Shown here: positions 30,506 to 41,333 of the stretch, piece after piece
Layout of the letters: every line of letters begins with the position of its first letter
Numbering within the stretch: position 1 is the first letter of the stretch
Source of the DNA: Acidobacteriota bacterium
Lineage (GTDB): Bacteria > Acidobacteriota > UBA6911
Direction of reading: 5' to 3'
Length of the DNA: 64,000 nt
Assembly (NCBI GenBank): GCA_016934555.1
Contig: JAFGSS010000088.1
Span: forward strand, 430 to 64,429
Translations under genes and position numbers: made by a program
The notes under the pieces: generated by a model
Database searches by the model: none
Told to the model about the DNA's origin: nothing
The model's input: the letters and a program-made list of their open reading frames with translations, nothing else

Positions 30506-30575
30506 AATTCACCTTGACGGTAATTCGTGTATTGGGAGAAGGCCGTTCATGGATCACGACGGGGGATGCCGTCGT

Positions 30576-30881
30576 CTACAGGGTCTCTTCGGGCCCCTGA
30601 AGTCCGGCGATGGCGTTTTTGGCAACCTCAATCTTGACCTGGTCGGCAATCTTGAGAATGAACGTCTTGTCCTTCACCCCGGCCACCACGCCGTAGATTC
30701 CGGAACTCGTAATCACCTTATCCCCGTTCTTGAGCGCCGCGATCATGGATTCCACCTTCTTCTGCCGCTTTCTCATCGGCATGAAGATGAGGAGGTAAAA
30801 GATGACGCCTACGATCACGATCGGCGCAAATTGGAGCAAGGCATCGGAAGATGCCGCCTGCAGCAGGATCGGTTGTTCCAT
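30576..30881 (-). CDS. yajC: preprotein translocase subunit YajC
   Basis: 101 aa with a single TM helix and the GDKVITSSGIYGVV motif. Confidence 0.85.
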   Translation of the reverse strand: MEQPILLQAASSDALLQFAPIVIVGVIFYLLIFMPMRKRQKKVESMIAALKNGDKVITSSGIYGVVAGVKDKTFILKIADQVKIEVAKNAIAGLQGPEETL

Positions 30882-30940
30882 GGAGTCCTTTTTCTATTCC
30901 TCTGCGCACACGGGAGGAAGCGTTAATCCGCACCGGCAGG

Positions 30941-32176
<1,236 letters not shown>

Positions 32177-32252
32177 TCATTTGACAATTCCGCGCCGTAA
32201 AAATATCATTTCCCCCTGCCTCCCGGAACTTTGCCCCAAGGAGAAACCGACG

Positions 32253-35201
32253 TTGACCGCACAAGCCAGGGATTCGATCCTAGTCAGGGGAGCCCGGGTC
32301 CACAACCTCAGGAACATTACGGCCGAAATCCCCCTGAATTCGCTGACCGTGGTCACCGGGGTCTCCGGGAGCGGCAAGAGCAGCCTGGCCTTCGACACCC
32401 TCTACGCCGAGGGACAGCGCCGCTATATCGCTTCGCTGTCGGCCTACGCGCGGCAGTTCCTCGACCGCATCGACCGGCCCGATGTCGATGATATCGAGGG
32501 GATCTGCCCGGCGCTGGCCATCCGGCAGAAGAACCACTCCCGCAACCCCCGCTCCACGGTCGGGACCGTCACGGAGATCAACGACTACCTCCGGCTCCTT
32601 TTCGCCCGGATCGGGGTCACCGTCTGCCACGGCTGCGGCCGGGTCGTGAAGCGGGACACCCCCGAGACCATCGCCGATTTCATCCTGTCGCTCGAGGAGG
32701 GGCAGAAGTTCTATGTCTGCGCCCGCCTCGATCTCTCCCCCCCCCTTCCCGACTCCGGGCGGCGCGGGAAGAGGGCGCCGGCCGCCGGGGGGCGCGTCGA
32801 GCGGCTCGGAATGATGCTTCCGGGGCTGCAGCGGCAGGGGTTCGTGCGCCTGCTCGTCGGGGGGGAACCCACCGATCCGGGCGGAGCGGTCGAGGCCCTC
32901 GGCCGGAATCCCTCCGCCGAGGTGCGCATCGTCGTCGACCGCCTCGCCGTCCGGGAGGACCTGCGCCCGAGACTGGTGGACTCCCTGGAGGTCTGCGGCC
33001 GCGAGTCGGGGGGCCGCATCGAGATCGTCCTCCTGTCCGAATCCCCCGACGAACTCGTGCGGCGGATCGTCAGCGCCCACCCGGACCTCCGCGCGCGGCG
33101 CGACGAGGCCGGCGTTCTCGTGCTGTTCAGCGAGGCGTTCGAGTGCCAGCTCTGCGGCATCCCTTACCGGGAACCGGAACCGCGCCTGTTCTCCTTCAAC
33201 AACCCCTTCGGCGCCTGTCCCGTCTGCCAGGGCTTCGGCAACACGCAGACGGTCGATCTCGACCGTGTCATCCCCGACCGGTCGCTCTGCCTGGCTGAAG
33301 GCGCCGTGCACCCCTGGGCCCGCCCCCGCTTTCGCCGGCTCGAGACCCGGATGCTCCAGTTCGCGGCGGCCGAAGGGATCGACGACCGCGTCCCGTGGCG
33401 CGACCTCCCGGAAACGGCGCGGGAGAAGATCCTGCGCGGCGGCGGGCGTTTCCCCGGCGTTCTGGGCTTTTTCGAATACCTGGAGCGGAAAAAATACAAG
33501 GTGCAGGTCCGTATTCTTCTCAGCCGCTACCGCGGATACGCCCCCTGCCTCGAGTGCGGGGGCACCCGCCTGACGCGGGAGGCGCGCCAGGTGCTCCTCG
33601 CCGGGCGGTCGATCGGCGACATCGCGAAAATGACGACGGCGGGCGCCCTCACCTTTTTTTCGGGCCTCGAGCTCGACCGGGAACGGGCGGCCGTCGCCGA
33701 GCGGCTGCTCGGGGAGATCGTGCGGCGCCTGGATCTGCTGGTGCGCGTGGGACTCGGTTACGTGACCCTGGATCGGCTCTCCTCGACCCTCTCCGGGGGG
33801 GAAGCGCAGCGCATCCAGCTGGCGACCGCGCTCGGTTCGAGCCTGGTGGGCGCGCTGTACGTCCTCGACGAACCGAGTATCGGCCTGCACCCGAAGGACA
33901 GCCGGCGGCTGGTGGAGATCCTCCAGGGGCTGAAGGGGCTGGGGAACACGGTGGTGGTGGTGGAGCACGACCCCGAGATCATGAAATCCGCCGATCACAT
34001 CATCGACCTCGGCCCCCGGGCCGGGGAGCACGGCGGCGAGGTGGTCTTCGAAGGGACGTACGCCCGGCTGCTGCGGGACTCGAAGTCCCTGACCGGGCGC
34101 TACCTGAGGGGGGAGCTGAAAATCCCCGTCCCCCGGTCCCGGCGCCCAAAAACGGGGAGGGCGCTCACCCTGCGCAACGCCCGGCTCCACAACCTGCGGC
34201 ACCTGGATGTCTCCATCCCGCTCGGCATGCTCGTATGCGTCACCGGCGTCAGCGGCAGCGGGAAATCGACGCTGGTTCACGACGTGCTTTACCCCGCCGT
34301 CCGGCAGGCCCGGGGGGAAAGCGGGGAGTTCCCCGGGGGGGTCGACGCGGTCGAGGGAGCCGGCCAGATCGCCGATATCGTCATGGTGGACCAGTCCCCC
34401 ATCGGACGCACCCCCCGCTCCAATCCCGCCACCTACACCGGGGCCTACGACGATATCCGGCGCACGTTCGCCGCCACGGCCGACGCCCGCAGCCGCGGTT
34501 TCGGCCCGGGGCACTTCTCTTTCAACCTGGAGACCGGCCGCTGCCCGACCTGCCAGGGGAACGGAACGGTCACCGTGGAAATGCAGTTTCTGGCCGACGT
34601 CGAACTCGTATGCGAGGATTGCGGCGGGAAGCGGTTCAAGCCCCCGGTGCTGGAGGTGCGCTACAAGTCGAAGAACATCGCCGAGGCGCTCGACCTGACG
34701 GTCAGCGAGGCCCTGGACTTCTTCGCCGGGAGAGCACCCCTGGTCCGCAAGCTCCGGGTCCTCGAGGAGATCGGGCTGGGGTATCTGCGCCTCGGCCAGT
34801 CGGCGACCACCCTTTCGGGGGGGGAGGCGCAGAGGATCAAGCTGGCGTCCTTCATCTCCCGGGCGGACACCAGCAATACGCTCTTTGTTTTCGACGAACC
34901 CACCACCGGCCTCCACTTCGACGACATCCGGGTCCTCCTGGCCGCCTTCGACCGGCTCCTGGCCGCCGGGAATTCCCTGCTCGTCATCGAGCACAACCTC
35001 GAAGTCATCAAGACCGCCGACTGGGTCATCGACCTCGGCCCGGAGGGGGGGGACGCCGGCGGGGACATCGTCTTCGAAGGCACCCCGGAGGCTCTCGGCC
35101 GCTTCCCGGGCTCCCACACCGGGAGAATCCTCCGGGATTATGTGGTTCCCCGGACAGGGGATCCGGCGTCCCCGCCCGGAGCGCCGGAGGACGCGGCTTG
35201 A
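32253..35201 (+). CDS. uvrA: excinuclease ABC subunit UvrA
   Basis: TTG start 11 nt after an AAGGAG RBS. Two ABC ATPase modules ([15 protein letters not shown] and [15 protein letters not shown]), zinc fingers, and LSGGEAQRI signature motifs, ~982 aa. Confidence 0.9.
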   Translation: MTAQARDSILVRGARVHNLRNITAEIPLNSLTVVTGVSGSGKSSLAFDTLYAEGQRRYIASLSAYARQFLDRIDRPDVDDIEGICPALAIRQKNHSRNPRSTVGTVTEINDYLRLLFARIGVTVCHGCGRVVKRDTPETIADFILSLEEGQKFYVCARLDLSPPLPDSGRRGKRAPAAGGRVERLGMMLPGLQRQGFVRLLVGGEPTDPGGAVEALGRNPSAEVRIVVDRLAVREDLRPRLVDSLEVCGRESGGRIEIVLLSESPDELVRRIVSAHPDLRARRDEAGVLVLFSEAFECQLCGIPYREPEPRLFSFNNPFGACPVCQGFGNTQTVDLDRVIPDRSLCLAEGAVHPWARPRFRRLETRMLQFAAAEGIDDRVPWRDLPETAREKILRGGGRFPGVLGFFEYLERKKYKVQVRILLSRYRGYAPCLECGGTRLTREARQVLLAGRSIGDIAKMTTAGALTFFSGLELDRERAAVAERLLGEIVRRLDLLVRVGLGYVTLDRLSSTLSGGEAQRIQLATALGSSLVGALYVLDEPSIGLHPKDSRRLVEILQGLKGLGNTVVVVEHDPEIMKSADHIIDLGPRAGEHGGEVVFEGTYARLLRDSKSLTGRYLRGELKIPVPRSRRPKTGRALTLRNARLHNLRHLDVSIPLGMLVCVTGVSGSGKSTLVHDVLYPAVRQARGESGEFPGGVDAVEGAGQIADIVMVDQSPIGRTPRSNPATYTGAYDDIRRTFAATADARSRGFGPGHFSFNLETGRCPTCQGNGTVTVEMQFLADVELVCEDCGGKRFKPPVLEVRYKSKNIAEALDLTVSEALDFFAGRAPLVRKLRVLEEIGLGYLRLGQSATTLSGGEAQRIKLASFISRADTSNTLFVFDEPTTGLHFDDIRVLLAAFDRLLAAGNSLLVIEHNLEVIKTADWVIDLGPEGGDAGGDIVFEGTPEALGRFPGSHTGRILRDYVVPRTGDPASPPGAPEDAA

Positions 35202-35463
35202 TTCCGCCCCCCGGGACTGGGTATGATGTTGATGCCCCTGCGATGTTGGTGATGGCCATAATTATTTGAGCCAACATTCTATTTGACGGGAGCCCGGGTT
35301 GTGATGCCGTGTGCGAGCTTTTCCTCAGGGAACTTGCTTGCCTGACGCAGCGCACAGGGCGCCCCCTTAGCACCAAGGTTCAAATAGAAAGGCCACACGG
35401 CAAAGCGGGGGTTTTTTCTGGCTGCGCGATCCGGGAAACCACTACCAGAACGGGGCGGACTTC

Positions 35464-36252
35464 ATGCGTGTATTCTTCATCGGGGACATTTTCGGAAAAC
35501 CGGGGCGGCGGCTGATCCAGGAAAGACTGCAGGCGCTGATCCACGAGTACCGTATCGATTTCTGCATCGCCAACGTGGAGAACGCCGCCGCCGGCTTCGG
35601 CGTGACGCCGCAGATCGCCGAAGACCTGCTCCGCTCCGGCATCGACTGCATGACCACCGGGAACCATATCTGGGACAAGCGCGCCGTCATCCCCTACCTG
35701 GCCGAGCAGCCGCGCCTGCTGCGCCCGCACAACTACCCCCGGGGGGTTCCCGGGACCGGGATCTATATCGGCGACACCAACTGCGGGGTCCGCGTGGGGG
35801 TGCTCAACCTGCAGGGGCGCGTGTTCATGACGGCCATCGACTGCCCGTTCACGGCCGCCCTCGAAGCCGTCGAACGGATCCGGCGCGAGACGCCCGTCAT
35901 CATCGTGGATTTTCACGCCGAGGCCACTTCGGAAAAGCAGGCGCTGGGGTGGCACCTGGACGGGCGGGTCAGCGCCGTGGCGGGGACGCACACCCACGTG
36001 CTGACGGCCGATGAGCGCCTTCTGCCCGGGGGCACCGCCTACATCACGGACCTCGGCATGACGGGGCCGCACGACTCCGTCATCGGGTCGGAACCCCGCC
36101 TCGCCCTCGAGCGCCTCCTGCTGGGCCTGCCCAACCGGCTGGAACCCGCATCCGGGAACCTGAAGATCTGCGGCGCCGTCATCGATATCCGGGAATCGGA
36201 CGGGCGCGCCCTCTCCATCGAACGCGTCAGCCTGCCGGTGGTCCTACCGTGA
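35464..36252 (+). CDS. YmdB-like (TIGR00282) metallophosphoesterase
   Basis: MRVFFIGDIFGKPGR...DFHAEATSEK...GTHTHVLTADE calcineurin-like motifs. Confidence 0.85.
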   Translation: MRVFFIGDIFGKPGRRLIQERLQALIHEYRIDFCIANVENAAAGFGVTPQIAEDLLRSGIDCMTTGNHIWDKRAVIPYLAEQPRLLRPHNYPRGVPGTGIYIGDTNCGVRVGVLNLQGRVFMTAIDCPFTAALEAVERIRRETPVIIVDFHAEATSEKQALGWHLDGRVSAVAGTHTHVLTADERLLPGGTAYITDLGMTGPHDSVIGSEPRLALERLLLGLPNRLEPASGNLKICGAVIDIRESDGRALSIERVSLPVVLP

Positions 36253-36543
36253 AAAGAACCGGTCCAGCATGGAAACGCATGCCAGCGACCGGCGACCGAC
36301 CGATTCGTCGAGATTCATCAGCTCTTCCCGCGCACGCTGCATGTCGTCGGCGACACTGAGGGCCGAGAGCACGGCCACCTTCAGCGTGTCCACCGAGCCG
36401 GTGGCCGCGGCGATTTCGCGCATCCTCTTGTCGAGGCCGGCACAGAGCGCGCGCAACCGCTCGGGATCGCCGGAGGTCCTCAGCACGTACTCCCGGTCAT
36501 AGATGCGGACCCTGACAGAACTGGGTTCCTCGTTATGGCTCAT
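36244..36543 (-). CDS. zapA: cell division protein ZapA
   Basis: 99 aa, ZapA family pattern (VRIYDREYVLRTSGDPERL...). It overlaps the ymdB-like stop convergently by 9 nt. Confidence 0.8.
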   Translation of the reverse strand: MSHNEEPSSVRVRIYDREYVLRTSGDPERLRALCAGLDKRMREIAAATGSVDTLKVAVLSALSVADDMQRAREELMNLDESVGRRSLACVSMLDRFFSR

Positions 36544-36580
36544 GGACCTGTTTCACGCCCGGGCGGGCGGCCCCGCCCCG

Positions 36581-36859
36581 TCAGCGCGCCTCTAATGTGG
36601 CCAGCAGCGTCAGCGTTTTCTCCACGCGTTCCCGCAACTCCTCCCGCTCCTTCTGGAAATTCTCCATGTTCTGCCGCACCTCGGCTTCGCTTGCCTCGAG
36701 CTGCTCGATCTGTTCCTTCAGCCGGGCATTCTCCGCGCGCAGGGTTTCGTTGTCCTTGCGCACCGCCTTGAATTCCTCCACGGTCCGGAAAATCTTGTCT
36801 TCCAGATGACTGAATCGTTCCAGGCCCGAGGGTTCCCACTGTTGTTTCGTATCGTTCAT
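36581..36859 (-). CDS. ZapB-like coiled-coil cell division protein
   Basis: 92-aa all-helical heptad-repeat protein immediately upstream of zapA. Its start overlaps the pheT stop. Confidence 0.55.
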   Translation of the reverse strand: MNDTKQQWEPSGLERFSHLEDKIFRTVEEFKAVRKDNETLRAENARLKEQIEQLEASEAEVRQNMENFQKEREELRERVEKTLTLLATLEAR

Positions 36860-38913
36860 AGCGATCTGATTCCCGCACCGTAGTTAGTATTCAAGAATGA
36901 CAGAACAGTATTCATAAAATCCTGCACCCGGTCAATCGTAAGCGTCCGTTCCCGGTCCAGAAAGGTGAGGCGCAACGACAGGCTCGCCTTGCCGACGGGG
37001 ATCTTCTCCCCCTCGTAGACGTCCATCAGCCGGATGCCGGCCAGCTCCCGGATGCCGAGCGAGAGGATGCCGCGCTCGATCGTTCCCCAGGCCACCTCCT
37101 TGCCCACCACGATGGAGAGGTCCCTGTCGGCGGAGGGGAACTTCGGAAGGCTCTCGTAGACGATGGGGGCGAAGGCGTGGCGCCCCAGCCGCTCGAGGTC
37201 GAGTTCGGCGAGATAGACCGGCTGCTTGAGCTTGTACCGCTCCTCCAGTTCCGGCGCCAGGGACCCCATCACCCCGACCGTTTCCCCTGCCACCTTCACG
37301 GCCGCCCCGTCGGCGGGGCTGAGCCAGCCGCACGACCGCAGCGGCTCCGTTTCCCAGGACGGGATACGCAGCCTGGCGAAGAGCACGCCCAGGAGCCCCT
37401 TGAGATGAAAGAAACCGTACTCCGCCTCCGGGCTCGTCCAGTTCCGCTCGAGGAACGCCCCCGTACCCAGGACCCCCAGGGTGTTGGTCTCCCCCGGGGT
37501 TCCGTCCGCACCCGGGGCGTACACTTTCCCGATCTCGAACAGGCACACCCTCTTCCGGCCGGCATGGAAGTTCCGTTTCGCGGACCGGACCAGCCCGGCG
37601 GCCAGGGTGCTGCGCAGGAACTCCGTCTCTTCCGTCAGCGGGTTGGCGACGGCCACCCGCTCCCCTCCCCCGGGCGGAAGGAATTCCCCGTGGTCGGCCG
37701 GCGAGGCGAAACTGAGGTTGACGGCCTCCGAGTATCCCTGCCCCGCCAGGGCTTCCCGGACGCTGTTTTCCAGCGCGTACACGCGCGAAGGCGCACCGGC
37801 GGTCCGGCTCGGGGGGAACTCGGCCGGGATGTTCTGGTACCCGTGGAAACGGGCCAGCTCCTCGATGAGGTCGGCCTCCCGCTGCATGTCGGAGCGCCAA
37901 GGGGGACAGGCCACGTCCCAGCCGCCCCCGCCCTCTTTCCCGACCCGGAAACCGAGCCGTTCGAGGGTCGTCTCGACGAATCCGTCGTCCAGTTCCACAC
38001 CCAGCAGCTGCCGTATGTGCGCGCTCTCGAGCCGGATGCGCGGAGGCTCCATTTTCAGGGGATAGACGTCCTTGAGGCTCCCGGCGACGCGCCCCCCCGC
38101 AATCTCCCTGATCAGGCGGCAAGCCCGGGCGATCGAGTACACCGTGTTGTCCCAGTCCGCCCCCCGCTCAAAACGATAACTGGCCTCCGTGGACAGCCCG
38201 AGCCGCCGGGACGTCCGCCGGATCGACTCCGGTCGGAACCAGGCCGCCTCGAGCAGGACCCGGGTGGTGGAGGGGGAAATCTCCGAATCGAGCCCCCCCA
38301 TGACCCCCGCGATCGCCACCGGCCCCTCCCCGTCGTTGATCAGGAGCATCTGTCCGTCCAGGGAGCGCCCGACGCCGTCGAGCGTCTCCATGCGCTCACC
38401 CTCCCGCGCGCGGCCGACCACGATCTTCCCCCCGCGCAGCCGGTCGAAATCGAACGCGTGGAGCGGGTGTCCCGTCTCGAGCAGCACGTAATTGGTGATG
38501 TCGACGATATTGTTGAGCGGCCGCATCCCCGCCGCCTCCAGCCGCCGCTGCATCCACTCGGGGGATTCCCTCACGGTGACCCCGTCGAGCAGGAGGCCGA
38601 CGTACCGGGGACAGAGGTCCGGGTCCCGGATCTCGATCCCGAAGGGGACCTCGCCGGACGCGGCTTCGAACTCCGTCTCCACCGCCGGCATCTCGAGCCT
38701 CCGGCCGTAGAGCGCGGCCACTTCCCGGGCGACCCCGATATGGCTCAGGCAATCGGGGCGGTTGGACGTCACCTCGATGTCGAGCACCGGGCCCGTCGCC
38801 GAGGGTTCCACCCCTTCGACCAGCAGCCCGATCATCGTCAGCTCTTCCTTGAGCGTTTCCGCGCTTTCGGTGAGGGATACATATTCCCGCAACCACTCCA
38901 TGCTGATTTTCAT
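36856..38913 (-). CDS. pheT: phenylalanine--tRNA ligase beta subunit (short form, no N-terminal tRNA-binding EMAP domain)
   Basis: MKISMEWLREYV start, B3/B4, B5 and FDX-ACB domains, 685 aa. Confidence 0.9.
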   Translation of the reverse strand: MKISMEWLREYVSLTESAETLKEELTMIGLLVEGVEPSATGPVLDIEVTSNRPDCLSHIGVAREVAALYGRRLEMPAVETEFEAASGEVPFGIEIRDPDLCPRYVGLLLDGVTVRESPEWMQRRLEAAGMRPLNNIVDITNYVLLETGHPLHAFDFDRLRGGKIVVGRAREGERMETLDGVGRSLDGQMLLINDGEGPVAIAGVMGGLDSEISPSTTRVLLEAAWFRPESIRRTSRRLGLSTEASYRFERGADWDNTVYSIARACRLIREIAGGRVAGSLKDVYPLKMEPPRIRLESAHIRQLLGVELDDGFVETTLERLGFRVGKEGGGGWDVACPPWRSDMQREADLIEELARFHGYQNIPAEFPPSRTAGAPSRVYALENSVREALAGQGYSEAVNLSFASPADHGEFLPPGGGERVAVANPLTEETEFLRSTLAAGLVRSAKRNFHAGRKRVCLFEIGKVYAPGADGTPGETNTLGVLGTGAFLERNWTSPEAEYGFFHLKGLLGVLFARLRIPSWETEPLRSCGWLSPADGAAVKVAGETVGVMGSLAPELEERYKLKQPVYLAELDLERLGRHAFAPIVYESLPKFPSADRDLSIVVGKEVAWGTIERGILSLGIRELAGIRLMDVYEGEKIPVGKASLSLRLTFLDRERTLTIDRVQDFMNTVLSFLNTNYGAGIRSL

Positions 38914-38929
38914 GCGCCACTCTCCCCGG

Positions 38930-39949
38930 CTAGAATTGGTTCAGGAATCTGAGGTCGTTGTCGAAGAAGAGCCGGATGTCGTCCACCCCGTACTTCAGGA
39001 TGGCGACCCGGTCGATCCCCATGCCCCAGGCGAAGCCGGTGACGCGCGGGTCGCGGATTCCGGACATCTCGAGCACCCGGGGATGCACCATGCCGGCCCC
39101 CAGGATCTCGATCCACCCGCTCTGCTTGCACTTCGCGCACCCCTTTCCCGAACAGAAGATGCAGCTGATATCCACTTCGGCCCCCGGCTCCACGAAGGGG
39201 AAAAAACCGGGACGCAGCCTCATCTTGATCCCCGGGTGAAACACCCGCTTCAGGAAGACGTCGAGCATCCCCTTGAGGTGGCCCATGTGCAGCCCCTCCT
39301 CCACGACGATGACGTCCACCTGGTAGAACATGGGGGAATGCGTGGCATCGAAGGGGTCGCGGCGATACACCTTGCCGGTGCTGATGGCGCGGATGGGGGG
39401 CTTGCGCGTTTCCATCGAGTGCACCTGCACCGAGGAGCAGTGGGTCCGCAGCAGCGTGGCATCGTCGAAGTAGAAGGTGTCCTGCGCATCCCGGGCCGGG
39501 TGGTTGGGCGGCATGTTCAGGGCCTCGAAGTTGTAATAATCCCGCTCGATTTCGGGCAGGTCGAGCACCTCGAAACCCATGCTGACGAAGATCTCCTCGA
39601 TTTCGGCCTGCAGCCGCTTGATGGGGTGGGCGCTTCCCGGCGCCAGGGGGACGCCCGGGCGTGTCACGTCGACGAACGGACGCTTCCGGTCCCGTTCGCC
39701 CGCTTTCACCGCCTGCAGCCGGGCATCCAGCCGATCCTCGACGAACTCCCGCAGCGCGTTCATCGCCTGCCCGAAGGCGGGGCGCTCCTCCTTCGGGAGT
39801 TCCCGGAGCTTTTTGAGCGCTCCGGTGACGAGTCCCCCTTCCCGCGCCAGGTACTTGTCCCGCACCGCTTTCCAGTCTTCGCTTCCTGTGACGGCGGCGC
39901 AATCCTCCTCGAAGCTTTGCCGCAGGCGGCTTATGGTTTCACGCATCAT
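38930..39949 (-). CDS. pheS: phenylalanine--tRNA ligase alpha subunit
   Basis: Class II aaRS motifs 1-3 (FRPGFFPFVEPGAEVD, GWIEILGAGMVHP, GFAWGMGIDRVA). Confidence 0.9.
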   Translation of the reverse strand: MMRETISRLRQSFEEDCAAVTGSEDWKAVRDKYLAREGGLVTGALKKLRELPKEERPAFGQAMNALREFVEDRLDARLQAVKAGERDRKRPFVDVTRPGVPLAPGSAHPIKRLQAEIEEIFVSMGFEVLDLPEIERDYYNFEALNMPPNHPARDAQDTFYFDDATLLRTHCSSVQVHSMETRKPPIRAISTGKVYRRDPFDATHSPMFYQVDVIVVEEGLHMGHLKGMLDVFLKRVFHPGIKMRLRPGFFPFVEPGAEVDISCIFCSGKGCAKCKQSGWIEILGAGMVHPRVLEMSGIRDPRVTGFAWGMGIDRVAILKYGVDDIRLFFDNDLRFLNQF

Positions 39950-40005
39950 GGCCTCATCCGATTCATGACTGAGTTACAGGTTTCCGGACTCCGGCATTCG
40001 CCGGC

Positions 40006-40041
40006 AAAAAAAAACGCCCGGAGTGGAACAGCACCCGGGCG
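40006..40041 (-). terminator. intrinsic terminator / attenuator-like element between rplT and pheS
   Basis: The minus strand reads CGCCCGGGTGCTGTTCCACTCCGGGCG (7-bp GC stem) followed by TTTTTTTTT. It is followed by alternative small hairpins (GCCGGCGAATGCCGG, CCGGAGTCCGG). It lies in the 129-nt rplT-pheS spacer. Confidence 0.55.
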
Positions 40042-40075
40042 CTCCCATGGTCAGGATCCGAAAAGACGGAAAGAC

Positions 40076-40438
40076 TTAAGCCGTCGCCAGCGCCGCTCGG
40101 GCGCTATCGGCTATCTTGGCGAAGGTTTCGGGGTCTTTGATCGCGATCTCCGCGAGTACTCTGCGGTCCAGGGTGATGCCCGCTTTCCTGAGGCCGCCGA
40201 TAAATCGACTGTAGGAGATGTTGTTTTCCCGCGCGGCCGCTCCCAGCCGTATGATGAACAGACTGCGGAAATCCCGCTTTTTGGTGCGCCGGTCCCGGTA
40301 GGAAAACCGCAACGCGCGGTCCACGGATTCCTTGGCTGAGCGGTGAAGCTTGCTCTTGGTCAGCCGGTATCCCTTTGCCAGACCCAGGATCTTCTTCCTG
40401 CGCTGGACTCGTTTATTCCCTCTTTTTACTCTAGGCAT
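40076..40438 (-). CDS. rplT: 50S ribosomal protein L20
   Basis: [25 protein letters not shown] matches L20. Confidence 0.95.
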   Translation of the reverse strand: MPRVKRGNKRVQRRKKILGLAKGYRLTKSKLHRSAKESVDRALRFSYRDRRTKKRDFRSLFIIRLGAAARENNISYSRFIGGLRKAGITLDRRVLAEIAIKDPETFAKIADSARAALATA

Positions 40439-40475
40439 GTATCCACTCCACCGTTGAAACAGGGCTGTCCGGAAA

Positions 40476-40667
40476 TCAGATGTTCAGCATTCTCTTGACG
40501 CGACGGGTGTCGGACTTGCTCACCAGTGCGCAATCCACCAGCTTTCTCACCCGCTTGCGCGGTTTTTTGGTCAGGATGTGGCGGGCATGGCTGTGCCGGC
40601 GCATGATCTTCCCCGTCCCCGTCACTTTGAACCGCTTCGCGGCGCTCTTGGATGTTTTCTGCTTCAC
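40476..40667 (-). CDS. rpmI: 50S ribosomal protein L35
   Basis: [30 protein letters not shown] matches L35. Confidence 0.9.
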   Translation of the reverse strand: MKQKTSKSAAKRFKVTGTGKIMRRHSHARHILTKKPRKRVRKLVDCALVSKSDTRRVKRMLNI

Positions 40668-40763
40668 AGATCTCTCTCCCCACTGAAAATATAAAAGCCA
40701 AACCTGTAGTATCCGCCCAAAAACCCTATTTGTGAAGGCGGGGGATGAAAAATCCCGGTCCGG

Positions 40764-41291
40764 CTACCCCCCCTTTTTCGGGATGAAAATGGCCACCAGC
40801 GCGTACCCTTCCATCTTGGGCGGTCGCTCGACATCGGCGAGATCGCCGAGTTCCTCGACCAGCCGATCCATCAGACGGCGCCCCAGTTCCTGGTGCGCCA
40901 TCTCCCTGCCGCGGAAGATGATGGCCGCCTTGGCCTTGTTCCCCTCTTCCAGAAACCGCACGATGTGGTTTTTCTTGAACTGGAAGTCATGCTCCTCCGT
41001 CTTGGGCCGGAACTTGACCTCCTTGATCACCACCTGTCTCTGATTCTTCTTGGCTTCGTGCGCCCGCTTGCTCTTCTGGTACTGGAACTTGCCGTAATTC
41101 ATGATCCGGCATACGGGGGGGCTGGCGCCGGGCGCCACCTCCACGAGATCCAGTTCGCGCGACTTGGCGATCGCGAGCGCCTCCTCGGGCGTCATGATCC
41201 CCAGCTGCCCGGCTTCTTCGTCCACGACCCGGATTTCCTTGGCCCGGATCATTTCATTGATCCGTACCCGTGCTGGCTTCGCTACTGTGAT
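40764..41291 (-). CDS. infC: translation initiation factor IF-3, with a probable non-AUG (AUC) start
   Basis: The conserved IF3 N-terminus (ARVRINEMIRAKEIRVVDEEAGQLGI) begins 13 codons upstream of the first ATG (41252). An in-frame ATC at 41291 lies 6 nt after an AAGGAGG SD and directly after an in-frame TAA. infC classically uses AUU/AUA/AUC starts for autoregulation. The ATG-started core is 40764..41252. Confidence 0.75.
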   Translation of the reverse strand: MTVAKPARVRINEMIRAKEIRVVDEEAGQLGIMTPEEALAIAKSRELDLVEVAPGASPPVCRIMNYGKFQYQKSKRAHEAKKNQRQVVIKEVKFRPKTEEHDFQFKKNHIVRFLEEGNKAKAAIIFRGREMAHQELGRRLMDRLVEELGDLADVERPPKMEGYALVAIFIPKKGG

Positions 41292-41333
41292 TGGCGACCT
41301 CCTTGGTTAATGAGGGGAAACCGGCGCGGCGCC

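Noticed and set aside
32280-35117. 945-aa minus-strand ORF
   Set aside because: Antisense shadow of uvrA.
35202-35463. 6S RNA or SRP RNA in the uvrA / ymdB spacer
   Set aside because: There is a short resemblance (ACCAAGGTTCAA) to the 6S RNA central region, but no 5'/3' closing-stem complementarity, and none of the SRP domain IV motifs are present. I kept it only as a generic sRNA candidate.
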